Of a stretch of 64,000 nt of DNA, positions 1 to 11,724 are shown piece by piece. Position 1 is the first letter of the stretch, and the number at the start of each line of letters is the position of its first letter. The notes beneath the pieces are model-generated. The model made no database searches and had not been told where the DNA came from. It worked only from the letters and a program-made list of their open reading frames with translations. The stretch covers positions 24,614,001 through 24,678,000 of the forward strand of contig CM052837.1 in assembly GCA_028534125.1 (NCBI GenBank), read 5' to 3'. The position numbers were made by a program, and so were the translations under genes. Origin of the DNA: Lama glama. Taxonomy: Eukaryota.

Positions 1-489
1 CAAAGCAGACACACAAAAGCTGATGTTTCTCCTATGCATAAAACAAAATGCTTCTGGAGACACGTTCTCCTCTGTGAGCTGCAGGGGTACCCACCATCCT
101 TCCAGCCCCTTCAGCTAGGGTCTCCCCAAGAAAGACATCAAAGGATACCCTCTGATTTGGCCAAGCAGCTGGAAATTTAAACAGCACCTATCTTAAGAAA
201 CACAACTGCTGGTTGGGGGAGAGGGGGTTGTGTGGGAAAGCTATGTGACTGAGGGTGGCTAGACTCCGCTAGCTGAGATCCCTCTGAGGACTGAATCTTG
301 ATCTCCAGACATATGACAATGGAATTATGAGACCAGGGCTCAAAGGCATGAGAGTTACAGCTGGTCTGTGGGGCCACAGCGGAGATCAGCAGCTACAAAA
401 AACCAAGACCAGGAGGCCAAGTTCTGAACTTTGTGATAAACAGGGGTTATATGTGATTCCGATCTGGTTAGAAGTAACATCAAATCCAT

Positions 490-575
490 GAAACATTTTG
501 CAGTGCACACCATGTGCCAATCCCTGCGCTAATTGTTTTTACCAACATTATCTCATTAAATCCCACCCCACAACC
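490..575 (-). mobile_element. MIR SINE fragment
   Basis: catgtgccaatccctgcgctaa...ttatctcattaaatcccaccccacaacc resembles the reverse complement of the MIR 3' region. Confidence 0.6.
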
Positions 576-1069
576 AAAAATGAGTAAATAAAATCATTTG
601 ATTTAAAGTTACAGAGCCTTAATACTAAAATAGATCAGGAAGACCTTAGAATTGCCACCATGACATGCAGAATGCCTTCCTGGTCCACTCATCTGCAGAG
701 TTATTTCTTTTTTGTTCTTTCCTTTGGTCTAGTTTAAGGGGGTCTTAAACTGCAGTGTGTATAAGAATTACTCAGCCAAACATACTTTATCACGAGCACC
801 TTCAGAGATTTTCCCAAGGATAATTCTGACGATATGCAAGTCCCAATTTGTCTGTTGACTTCAGAGCACAGTGCCCACCTAGGATTCCAGCCCACTGAGT
901 TACAGTTTATGATCATCACGTCAGGGGAGTACAGCAAGCACAGGTACTGACAGGGCGCTCGGCATTCTGTCCTAGGTGATCAAAACCATGCGAACAAAAG
1001 CTCTCTGGGTGTCTCTGTCACTCGCAATTTAAGGATGAATAAAGTGAGCTGAGTCAGGGACAGGGAACA

Positions 1070-1445
1070 AAATGTAAGTGAACGGATTAACAAATGGTGG
1101 TAGATCCTTGCCATGAAGACTACTCAGCATGAAATATTCATACACACGATGAGACGCATGACGCTCACAAACAGTAGACTTAACGGGAAAGAGTCAAGTG
1201 CAGAAGACGACATGTTGCGTTATTCCTTTTATATAAAATTGTAGACTTGGAAAAGCTATGGTATCAAATGGTGATGAGTGGTTTCCTGGAGCAGGGCGTT
1301 GGGGGACGTGACAAAGAGTGGGATGGAGCGGAAGAGGGCTTCTTGGGGTGAGGGGATGATTCTGTATCTTGATGGGATGGTGTACATCGTGACCAAAATT
1401 CACTACCCTAAAAAGCTTATAGCCAGGAAATGTTATTTTAATGCA
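1070..1445 (+). mobile_element. Ancient L1 (L1MC/L1ME-type) 3' UTR fragment
   Basis: ggattaacaaatggtggtagat...attccttttatataaaatt...attctgtatcttgat is typical of old L1M 3' ends. Confidence 0.7.
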
Positions 1446-1703
1446 CTTTTAAAAAGAGGAGGGGAAAAAAAATCCCGTAGTCCTCTATACAAAAAGATTA
1501 GAGAACTCTATCCCAAACAAGATGAAGCAGTATGGTCAGAAGACTGCACAGAGCAGAATCAGACTCTTCCCTGCAGATTTCTTCCCTCACACTTGTGAAA
1601 GAAGAAGAGAAAGAAAGAAAAAAGAAAACGCAAAAGGCGCCTTTGAATCCTTCCTTTCATATCAGGGTGGTAATCAGTGCAGAGAAGTGGGTAACGAGTT
1701 ATA

Positions 1704-1891
1704 NNNNNNNNNNNNNNNNNNNNNNNNNNNNNNNNNNNNNNNNNNNNNNNNNNNNNNNNNNNNNNNNNNNNNNNNNNNNNNNNNNNNNNNNNNNNNNNNN
1801 NNNNNNNNNNNNNNNNNNNNNNNNNNNNNNNNNNNNNNNNNNNNNNNNNNNNNNNNNNNNNNNNNNNNNNNNNNNNNNNNNNNNNNNNNNN
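1704..1891. other. Assembly gap (188 N)
   Basis: Run of N. Confidence 1.
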
Positions 1892-1899
1892 GCAAAAAG

Positions 1900-2110
1900 A
1901 CAGCATGGAAAAATGCTCATGAAGAAATGTTAAGAGAGGAAATCAAGGTACAAAAATGATCCTGCACTAATATTACAAGTGGTTTAAAAAAATTATAAGC
2001 ACGGTGGAGGCGGGGAGCTCAAAATTAAAATACATTCTATCCGTGATGGTACAAGGGAGGTGGGTCAGGGTATTATCTTCTCCATTTCCCAAAATTTCCT
2101 AAGTATTTTT
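1900..2110 (+). mobile_element. Ancient L1ME-type 3' fragment
   Basis: catggaaaaatgctcatgaagaaatgttaag...ttctccatttcccaaaattt resembles the L1ME 3' end. Confidence 0.55.
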
Positions 2111-2244
2111 TTCTCAAAATAATAAATTGTTGTAGACATGCAAAGGTACACATGTTCTCAACCTCTTTGCGCCCCCTTAGATCCCGACAAAACTGGGAAG
2201 AGTTCTCTCTAGTCTCTGTGTCTGCTCTCATGCCATGGTACCCA

Positions 2245-2661
2245 GCACCCACTCCAATCAGGCTCTTGATGCCACCAGGACCGTGAAACCACACTCATCA
2301 AGGTCACCCATGACCTCCATTTTGCTGAATCCCAAGGTCACTTCTCAGACCTCATCAACTGGCCCTACCAGCAGTGCTGACACAGCTGAACACTCCATCC
2401 TCCCCTCTCCCCGTTCCAGACACTCAGCTCTGTTGTCCCACCTCACTCCTTCTCAGCCTCCAGGCTAGGCCCTTCCCCTCCTCCTGATCTCTAGATGTTG
2501 GAGTGCTCAGGGCTCAGCCCTTGAATTTCTTCCCTTCTACTTCCTCAAGGATCTCAATCCAGGCCTATGACTTAAAGTATCATCTCTACGCTGACTACTC
2601 CCAATGTTACATCTTCATTCTAGACCTGTTCTCTGGACTCTTACACTTGTGTCTCTCACTG

Positions 2662-2696
<35 letters not shown>

Positions 2697-2760
2697 GTCC
2701 AACAGATACATCAAGCCCACGTGCCCAGAGGGAATACCCTACCCCAAACCCATTCCTCGA
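2245..2760 (+). mobile_element. L2 LINE fragment (reverse transcriptase region)
   Basis: tcaaggtcacccatgacctccat...tgttggagtgctcagggctcag; 2581-2604 translates to HLYADYSQ, a relic of the RT YADD motif. Confidence 0.85.
2665..2694 (+). repeat. (CA)15 microsatellite
   Basis: Perfect CA run inside the L2. Confidence 0.95.
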
Positions 2761-3714
2761 GTCTCCCCTGGGCCCTCAGCCCCCCTTGCAGATTCCCGTA
2801 GCCTTGACTACACTGCCAGGAGTCGTTTCGTGAAATTCTCTTCAGTTACGCACTTGTGAGTAGAATTCTGTTTTTCCTGCGGGAACACCAACTAGGATGT
2901 CACGACATCTTTAGAGAGGACAGTCCCCTCCCCTGTCACCACCCACTGCATAAGCCTCATCTCAGCCTGCCTAACCTGAGGGTCACCCAAACACTCAGCA
3001 GCGTGTAATGCTTTCATGTCCTTATCTTCACAGACAAGTGAAGCCTAGGCCACCCATCCCCCTCCGTCTCCTCACCTTGGAGATTCCTCAAGCATCAAGG
3101 CGTCCTCAGGGCAGCCATCTCCCACCAGCCCTCCGGCCCCAAGCTGGGAGGGTATCCCGTCCTGTGGCTCCCAACACTTCACTCGTGGCTGTTTGGGGGA
3201 GGTCCCTAGCGGTGCCCAATCATGGCTGCAGGAGCACAGTCACGCTGGTGGCCTGTTCATCTCCTACATCTGGGGACTATACCTGGACATCCAGAATTTA
3301 GAGGTCATTTCCAGGGATTTCTGGGTCCACGGGTATTATAAATGTGCAAAGCCACCAATGGTGCAAAAGAGAGGAGGAAGGTGTTCAGCAAACCAAAGAA
3401 TACAGAGCCTATCTAAGGGCCTTCGAAAGCAATTTTTAAAGAACACTGTGTACTCAGACGATTCATGCCTGTGCATCAAGCTGGTCTCATGGTCTGTGAA
3501 TTTGCCATCCCTAAGCCAAATGACATACAAAGTCCCTAAATGTGCAGAACCATGGGGCTTAATACTGAATGAAGGCTTCCTGACAAGCAGAAAATGCCTG
3601 CACACAACTTTCCAGGTGACAGATGGGCAGACGAGGCCAGCACATCAGCGTCTAGATGACAACACACTTTCACATACCTCTTCTCAGTCCATCTCCATAA
3701 CGGCCCGAGGAGGC

Positions 3715-3830
3715 AAGTTCTTATTATCCCCATTTTGCTTTTGAGAAAATTGAAGCCTGGACAGGGCAGATGATTTAACAAGGTCACACAATGAGGACTT
3801 AAGAGAGCCCGAAACCCTGGCACCAAGCCC
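3715..3830 (-). mobile_element. MIR fragment
   Basis: ttattatccccattttg...gaaaattgaag...aaggtcacaca MIR core, reverse orientation. Confidence 0.75.
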
Positions 3831-4584
3831 TGGTCCCCAGGTGCACTGCTCAACCAGAGGACACTGCATAGGCTGAGGGATGTCCAGGGTTCCCTTGGGC
3901 AAACAGTGTCCAACACTGTCAACACCCCACCCATTTCAAGCTGAAGGGTGCATTCAGGTACAAGCTGCGGACCCACAAAAGAATTCTCATTAACACCACT
4001 TTTAAACCCATCTTTTAATCCTTCCATTTTTATTTTAATTACAGCTTGTGCTGCAAAGCCCTGGAAGATCTCTGGAGTTAAAAGAGCACGCAGCTAGCTG
4101 AGGAAGGCCGTGGTATTTGCGTATAAAACAGACTTCCATTCTGGTAACAGAAGCAGCCATGGTCTCATAAGCAGGTTGTGCAGTGTTCACTAGCATCTGA
4201 GGCCACCCTTGGGGGGAACAAGTAACATGATGTCCAAAAACACACCTACAGGAGCAAAATCGGCACAAGAAACCCAAACATGTCCTAAACCGCATACAAG
4301 CATCTCAACCCCTTTGCCAGAATGGTTTAAGTTTAATGAAATAGCTTCGAATTACATCCGCAAGGTGAAGAAAACAGGACTCATACAAAATAGCTATTAT
4401 GAGCAGAGAACATCCCAGCTGGTAAATTGCCTGAGCCTCATCCCAAGCCTGAAAAACAACTGTTGCTTACCTCGCTTTACAGATAAGTAAATGGGGTTCT
4501 AAGAGGCTAGGTGAGTCAGCAAGGCTGAGTGGAGACGTGAGCGCAGGTAGCTGAACTCACAAATCTGTGTTCCTTCAACTTCAT

Positions 4585-4770
4585 CTGTTATTCTCAAGCT
4601 TTATTGGCCACATGAATCTCCTGGGAGCTTGTTCAGTGCAGATTCCTGGGCTGTGCTCCAGAATCCTCACTTAATAGTTCAAGGGTGAGACCCAAGCATC
4701 CTTATTTTTAAAGAGCCTCCTAGGTGAATCCAATGCAGGTGGTTCCCTGCCCATAATATGAGAATCATGC
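4585..4770. mobile_element. MER5-family hAT-Charlie MITE
   Basis: gaatctcctgggagcttgtt...tgcagattcctggg...ctcctaggtgaatccaatgca. Confidence 0.75.
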
Positions 4771-4884
4771 GGCCATGTCACGCTGCCTTTCAGAAAAGTA
4801 CCCTTTGAAATGAAGACAACACAAAAATGATGAGAAGCCATCCCCGAGCTCACTCCTAGGTCCATAAGCCCAGCATCAGGGGCA

Positions 4885-5390
4885 GTGCTGACTTCTAAGC
4901 GTGCCTCCTGAACTCCTCCAGGCCTCCAGCAAAAGCTCTCACAAATCCTAGTACTGACCTGCGCTAATATTTAATTAATATTTTTAAATGACTCACCTTT
5001 TCTTAACTTACTTTAAAAAGAAACTCCGTATCACTACCAAAAATGGAAACTCATTCTCATTGGCCATAAACATACGATGAGGCTAAAAGTAAAATTAACA
5101 AAAACCCTAAAATAGTAAGTAAATACTGGCTAGCTACTGTTGCTCGCCTCAGTGTCCGATCCTGACAGCTGCTTTCTTCTAGATAAAAATGGACATTAGT
5201 AAGTGTTAATAGGGTGGGGCATTACAGATACCCCAAAACCGGAGAGTCTCCTTGCAGCGGAGGGATAGTAACAGAAATGAACAAAGAAGAGTTGTTTCTG
5301 TAATCCAATGCTCTTGAGTGCCCTGTCCACGCAGCACGTAAACATTTATGAATCACCAGCTGTAAGAGGACATGATCTGGGTGTCACTGG
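4885..5390. mobile_element. Old hAT-Charlie-type DNA transposon fossil (subfamily uncertain)
   Basis: ctggctagctactgttgctcgcc...ggacattagtaagtgttaatag...cagcacgtaaacat resembles mammalian Charlie/MER11x internal sequence. Confidence 0.5.
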
Positions 5391-5397
5391 CCTAAGG

Positions 5398-5560
5398 CAG
5401 TGGTTGTCAGATCGGAGAGTAAACCAGGATCACCCAGAGAGACACAAGTTGCCTTAGTTTCTGATTCAGGAAGTCTGGGGCATGGCCTGATCATCTGAAT
5501 TTCTACTAAGTTCCCAGGGGATGCTGCTAGCTCTGCTCCAGGGACCACACTTTAAGGAGA
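5398..5560. mobile_element. MER5A MITE
   Basis: cagtggttgtcag...gtttctgattcaggaagtctgggg...aagttcccaggggatgctg...gggaccacacttt. Confidence 0.8.
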
Positions 5561-6489
5561 GCAGAACAATGGAGGAAAGGAAGGCTTAATTCCCGGGACT
5601 CATAAACATCCGTGAGGGGCTGTCCACTGCAAGTGAGTACCAGGTGCCCAGAAGTTTTATGCTGTCCTGTAGAGTCCCAACATCAGGCACCCTGTTATCC
5701 CAAAGCCTTCAATTGCTTGGCTCCAATATTCTTCCAGAAGCCTCCTCTAAGAGGGAATTAGACCCCCCCAGCTACATGGTTTAGATGGGCTAGCCCCTCC
5801 CAGAGTAACTCGTGGCAGCTGGTGGGGAGGGAGTCTGGCTAGTCTGCTGCCTACTGACCCCTGGGGCTGCATCAGTAGATGGGCCAGCCTGACTTCCAGG
5901 GAGCCATGTGCCTCCTTCAGACCCTGTTGTCTCCATGACAGGGGGCTTCTACATCTGCCCAAGGGACCATTTCTGGTCTGCCTTCTCTCTCTGATGAAGC
6001 TGAGGCTCCTCTGAACCCACATGACTCAGCTTCCCTGGGTCCCTCCCCACACCTCTTGTCCTCACTTCCTGGACCTGCCTGGACCCCCTGCCCCGACTCT
6101 CACCCAGGTCACAGACCCCAGCAGTGAGCTGTGTTAGCCTGGACACCCTACTCTTGGCTCCTCTCCACTAAGCATTAGGTTCAGGTAGCAAAGAACAAAT
6201 ATTTTTTCAAAACAACTCTTCCTGCAATTCACTGCACTGCACCTAACACTTTTAAGGAGCTTACAGCATCAAATACGGGATCAAGAAAAACACGCTTCGT
6301 GGGGGATAGAAATCTCCCACTGGAACCACTTCCCAGAGGACCCTGGGCCTGGACTCTGGCTGTGCACCCCAACGGGATGACACCCCTGAGGAAAGAACTC
6401 ACCAGAGATGTCAGAACCCATGCAGTGAGCATGGGGGTCCACACAGCCAGGGGAAAACCTCAGCCTCACACTCACTCCCTGTGTGTCCC

Positions 6490-6660
6490 AGGGCCTATCT
6501 CTGAACCCGCACATATCTCATTTCTTCCTCTTCAACACAGAGGAAATTATACTTACCTGCAAGATTGTTGTGAGAATGGAATTAAATAATGTATGTCAAA
6601 CCACAGCAGGGTGGCGGCCAGGTTTCCAACATGTTCCCAGGAAAGGATGGCAGCTGCTGC
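6490..6660 (+). mobile_element. MIR fragment
   Basis: tacttacctgcaagattgttgtgagaatggaattaaataatgtatgt. Confidence 0.65.
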
Positions 6661-7139
6661 CAACACGACCTCTATTATTACTGATGGAACAACCACTCTG
6701 GGCAGGGTAATTTCAACTCCTGCTCCAGGCCACCCACAGACTCCTAATACCAGGGAGGAACGTCTTCCTGCCGGTGCACGCACACGTCTGTGTGTGTGCG
6801 TGTGTCTGTCGGCATGCCCGCAAATACACACACTCATTCAAGGTCCCAAAAGCCCCGGAAGCTAAAATAAAAAGGGTTAAGATGCACAGGTGGTGTTTTC
6901 AAGTTGCTGTTCAAATGGCTGAATGTTTGGAAAGGAAAACCCAAGGTCCAGCAAAGGAGGAAGAAACCCCATTCATCCAGGACTTCCTACTTTCCCCCAG
7001 GAGCAGGCTGGGGTTTTGGCAAGTCCCAGAGCTGAGGATGCAGCCTCCTAAGATGAGGAGAGGAACAAGAGGCACAAAGATGGCAGGGGAAGAAGAGGGC
7101 CAGGGAGCCAGGGAAGCAGCGTGAGGGACCCGTGTCCGC

Positions 7140-7540
7140 AATCAGGAAGACCAAGGCTCAAAGCCAGCGCCCCACTCACTGCCTGCAAGTGCTCACACCC
7201 ACAACTTCACCCCCACGGGCTCTGCTTCTTCTTCTATAAACTACAGTGATACAGTGATCTGAGCTGTCAGGAGCATTAAATAAAATTCTAATAATATAAA
7301 CAAACACCCATGGTGCACTTATGCTGTGCTCAGGCCCCTGTGCATCATTTCACTCGTCCTTGAACCGCCTGTGACCAACGCTAGAGTCCGTGCATTTTAG
7401 AGAGGTTAAGTGACCTGTTCAAGGTCACACAGCCAATAAAGGGCCAAGCAAAGATCTGGACCCATGCAGTGTCCTCCAAGTCACACGCCGTTAGCCATAG
7501 GCAGCACAGCACAGCGCCTGGAGTAGAATGGTTCATACAA
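7140..7540. mobile_element. MIR (+) interrupted by MIR (-)
   Basis: Plus MIR ~7140-7290, reverse MIR ~7295-7500 (agaggttaagtgacctgttcaaggtcacacagc), then the plus MIR 3' end resumes (cacagcgcctgg). Confidence 0.6.
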
Positions 7541-8819
7541 ACGGGGGGTGGGGGCAGCGGGAAGGGGTTTTCTTTCCCAAAGTCTCTATCTGGATGATGA
7601 GAAGGGAAGTGAATCTACAGACTTGATTAAGTCAAACCCAAGCTCATTGCACAAGGCTCTGGTTCCCTGTCCCAAATTTAAACAGCTGCTCCTTCAATGT
7701 AATGGAACGCAAATGTCTGAAGAGCTTCAAGTTTTAATTATCAAAGTCCTGATGAAAATCTGAATCAACAGCTGCTCCCGGCAAGGAGGCCCTCAGAGAT
7801 GCCTGGAGAGGGGCAGAGGGAGGGGCAGGGAGGACACAATCCAGACAGGACGCGGATGACTGCGGCTGTCTGGGGAGCCCTGGCACCTGCAGCTGAGCCG
7901 TGGGCTGGACGAAATGGACAGGGAGCGGGCAAGAGGAGGACGGACCCTCTGGGGTACACCTGTCCTCATGCCACAGAACGTGTGCATCTGGTGTGTGTCC
8001 TGTGAAAGTGACAAAGTGGAGGAATGACAGCAAGGACTGTGGGGATGTCCTGCTGTGGAGCATTGGGTGGGTAGGGCAGGGATGTGGTACAGATACCCAG
8101 GGGGCCAAGACGGGGTCAGCGGGGCAGGAAGCAGGTATCAGAGCAATGACATTCAGCCAGATTAAAGACGGCATGTGACTTCAAGACCTCCGCTGTGGCA
8201 TTAACTCCTATGTATCAGGTATTAGGGCCCGTACATATCCCCAGCACCTTCTCTTCTCCAGGTGGCAGTCATCCCCCATCCCACAGCTATGCCAGGGCAG
8301 GTACTGCCATACCACACAAAAACCTGTTCTCTACATAAAAGAGAAAGACATTGCCTCCCCAAGGACTGACCCTACCTTTTGATTCTTTTCATATCTGACA
8401 CCTTTTCCATCTGTGACTCTGGGTAACTCCATCCTGGAAATACTAGAATAACAAAATAGCCAGGAGAACAGAACAGATCATGGTCCTCTTTTTGGCATGG
8501 CCCATCCATTTGGCAAGGTGACAGTGAAAGAGTTAACTGCCATGGGGCGTCTAAGTTGCTACCACGTTCCTGGAATGCAACTGGGGGGGCCTGAGTCCTT
8601 CTGACACCAGCTTGATAGAGTAATTCTCTCCTACAAAGATACTTTATGACTTGCAGGCAAGGATACTCAGGAAAAGGTTATTTACACGGACACATAGGAA
8701 TTTAGAAATGTTCCAACATAGGACTCCAGTTGAATACATGTGGTCTACTTAAGCACTCAAAGAGCATGCCATTATCAATAATTTCGAGTTCCAAATCACC
8801 CAAAGTGGGGGGACATGTG

Positions 8820-9065
8820 ATAAAACATTAAGTAATAAAGCATAATGTGAAATAAACTGTCACATAATTATTCCAACTGTGTTTAAATATACAAACGCGA
8901 AAATGTGAATCTTAAAAAAAAGACTGGAAGCACACCAAATAAAACATCAATCTCTCTTCTTAAGAATGGGTTTTTTTTTTCCTGTGTTTTTCTATTTTCT
9001 CACCTACATTTTCTACAGAAAACATATATTGTAAAAAACTTCAAAATTTTTCTTCAATAAAAAAG
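8820..9065 (+). mobile_element. Ancient L1ME-type 3' fragment
   Basis: aaaagactggaagcacaccaaa...tttttctattttctc...ttttctacag. Confidence 0.5.
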
Positions 9066-9327
9066 TTTAAAAACTAAAAAGGATGATAGAGAGGTCAGGG
9101 TGGGAGATACGGTGCTTAGACTTGAGGCAGCCTGTATCCCGTTTCGGGCAAAACTTTCCCTACGCTCACGGCCAAATGAGGGGGATATTCTTTCCCCCTT
9201 AAGTCAATTCTACAAGATAATATTCGGTCAATGTTTATAGAAATACAAGTGTTCTCAGCTGTAGCAAGCATATGTCAGAGGAAAAGCCTAAAGAACCCGT
9301 TTCTGAATGGGCTCTCAAGGGTTAGCA

Positions 9328-9341
9328 GTTGCCATGGCAAC
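9328..9341. promoter_or_regulatory. RFX X-box (perfect palindrome GTTGCCATGGCAAC)
   Basis: Exact match to the optimal RFX dimer site, in non-repeat sequence; binding not tested. Confidence 0.7.
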
Positions 9342-10109
9342 GTGTTAGCAAACAATTTGTTAAGTACTTGAAATTTCTCCTCCACTATTGATTAGTAAAT
9401 GGGTATTGGAATGGTCCTGTAACTCATCACTGCCAGGGCTGGGTCCCATCAGTGCCTGAGCTGACTGCAGATGGTTCCCAAATGAGGGAGCCTAGCTCCA
9501 GGCTGCAGCCATCAGTCGGCTTGGTATCCATTCAAGGAAACAGTCACTTGGGGAAAGTTTAAGCATAATCTCCCTGCACTTGTTTCTGACAAATCAGGAA
9601 AAAGACTTGGGTGGTCCTTGTTGATGGTGAGAAAAATGAGCCTTGCCCATAGAACACCCACGACCACAGACATCAGCCTTCAGCCTCGGTACAATGGAAA
9701 TCCTCTCAGGTGCCCTCCCTGGGGCCAATATCATCATCAGCTGAGGGGGGCGTAATCACTCCTGCTGCAGGTCTGCGTTCCAGAAGACGTGGGCCATGTC
9801 CTTTTGCCATTTTATGAAGTCTTCCCCTAAGGAGCCAGAAGTCTGCCCATCGACCAGGGACCTGCTTCTACTGGAAGACCCTGCCATGTGTCCCTGGGCA
9901 TCATTCATTCAATCAAACTCCCCAGAGAGCCCCAACAACAGCTTGGTCCTTCAATCTAGAGTGCTTTCTGCTTTCCTAGATCCTTATCCTTCCACTCACC
10001 AACCCAATGTATTTGCCTGCTCAGAAAAACCTCTGTTTTCCCTAGCCTGTCCCATGTGTATTGGGTCAGTTTTACTCTCTCTTTGGCCTTCCACAGAGCC
10101 TAAGCCCTC

Positions 10110-10270
10110 ATCTCACTATACTGCAATTGTTTACATGTGTACTGCCCACCACTACTCCATGAACTCCTTGACAACAGGGATTGAGTCTTATTTAACTACA
10201 TTTTTCCATACCCAAGCATGGTTCTAGGCAAAAAGCACATGTACAGTAGGTGTTTGCTGGCTGACTGATT
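10110..10270 (+). mobile_element. L2 3' end
   Basis: gaactccttgacaacagggattgagtcttattt...gtgtttgctggctgactga. Confidence 0.65.
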
Positions 10271-10954
10271 GTTTGACTAAACTTACCTCTCCCAAACCCT
10301 TCCATGTGAGACTGTATTTTCCTCCAAGTTTTTAGCCATTGCAAATGACAGACAAGGTGCCTCTTTGAATTTCCAAATGCTTCTCTCAACGCGTTCAGCT
10401 TCTCCTACCGGCCTGTGCCACCAACGGGGTGAGCCGCACCACGTTTCTGTCAAAGCACCCTTTGTTTTGTTGATCTACTTTAAAATGCAACTCAGTAGCT
10501 TCAAGAGAGAAGAAGGATGCAGCCACGTCTTCAGCCTGTCTCGGAATATCTATCACCGGCCGGCGGAAGAGATGTGACTGCCGTCTCCCTAACCCGACAA
10601 GGTGATTTTTCTCTACCACAATGCAAGCCCAGTGAGCCGTACAATCAGGGTGAATTCCCTATCAGCTCAACGTCCCATGCAATTTTTCAGAGGATATGAT
10701 TCCATCTGAAAATAAGCACAACAGTCTGCAACTCATTTCTCCCCTGTGCCCAACTTTCAGCTTCCTATTAGTCCCAGATGGCCTTCCAGGCAGAGGCACT
10801 CCTCGGCATTATCGAACAAGCATGGCTTCTGGTTCTGCCTTAGGTAGTGTCTGAAGGTGATGAGAACTCACCCATCTTATTAGGGCATGGCTAACACACT
10901 TTGCCAAGCCTGAAGTTGTATCAAATACCACTGTCAGGAATGCTTCAAGCTAAA

Positions 10955-10978
10955 GTGTGTGTGTGTGTGTGTGTGTGT
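10955..10978 (+). repeat. (GT)12 microsatellite
   Basis: Perfect GT run. Confidence 0.95.
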
Positions 10979-11061
10979 CAAGCCAAGGGAAGAAACAGAG
11001 AGGAGAATTCAACGCTTGTAATAAAGGAACATAGGTTCGAATGGGCAAAGAAAAAACAAAG

Positions 11062-11650
11062 TGTGTTCGTGATTTACTGCTGTGAATAAATTACCCCAAA
11101 CATGTAGCAGTTTAAAGAAAGGCACATGTCTTATCTCACAGTTTCTATGGATCAGAAATCCAGGCACAGATTGGGCCCTCTGCTTCAGCATCTCATAAGG
11201 CTGCAATCATGATGCTGGCAAGGGCTGTGGTCTCATCTGAAGGCTTGGCCAGGGAAGGACCTGCTTCTAAGCTCACCCATGGGGAGGCTGGCAGGATTCA
11301 GTCTCTTGTGGGCTGTCAGACTAAAGTCTTAGTTCTTTACGAGCCACTGGTTGGAGGCCTCCCTCAGCTCCTTACCTCCTGGGCCTCTCTCAGAGTATCT
11401 CACAACACGCCACCTTGCTTACTCACTCTGATGGGCAAGAAAAGTGCCAGCCAAGAAAGAGCGCTAGCGGGTTCAAAGTTAGTCTGTTGTAAGCTCATCG
11501 AGGAAGTGACATCTGATAAACGTTTGCAGTATTTTATTCTTTGGAAGCAATTCTCTAAGTCCAGCCCACAATTGCAGGGAAGGGATTATACAAGGGCACG
11601 GGTATTGGGAGATGGACTGATTGGGAACCACGTCAAAAACTGCCTACCAC
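11062..11650 (-). mobile_element. MaLR solo LTR (MLT1E/F-like)
   Basis: aaattaccccaaa...ttatctcacagtttctatggatcagaaatccaggcacag...gggctgtggtctcatctgaaggc...ctgcctaccac. Confidence 0.85.
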
Positions 11651-11724
11651 GGAAATGCCCAATAAACCCCAGAAAGGTATCACCTCTTGTCTAAGGTCTG
11701 GAACATACAAGTATTAGGTAACTG

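Noticed and set aside
1522-1959. ORFs spanning the first N gap
   Set aside because: Open only because the N run hides stop codons
3193-3744. Longest ORF in the track (183 aa, +)
   Set aside because: Non-ATG start, no recognisable domain, and it runs into a MIR; this length is expected by chance in 64 kb
6777-6802. Hairpin CACGCACAC...GTGTGCGTG
   Set aside because: By-product of adjacent CA and TG simple repeats
8255-8268. CTCF-like TCTCCAGGTGGCAG
   Set aside because: Two mismatches in the 5' core; matches of this quality are common by chance
11209-11694. 161-aa ORF
   Set aside because: Lies almost wholly within an MLT1 LTR
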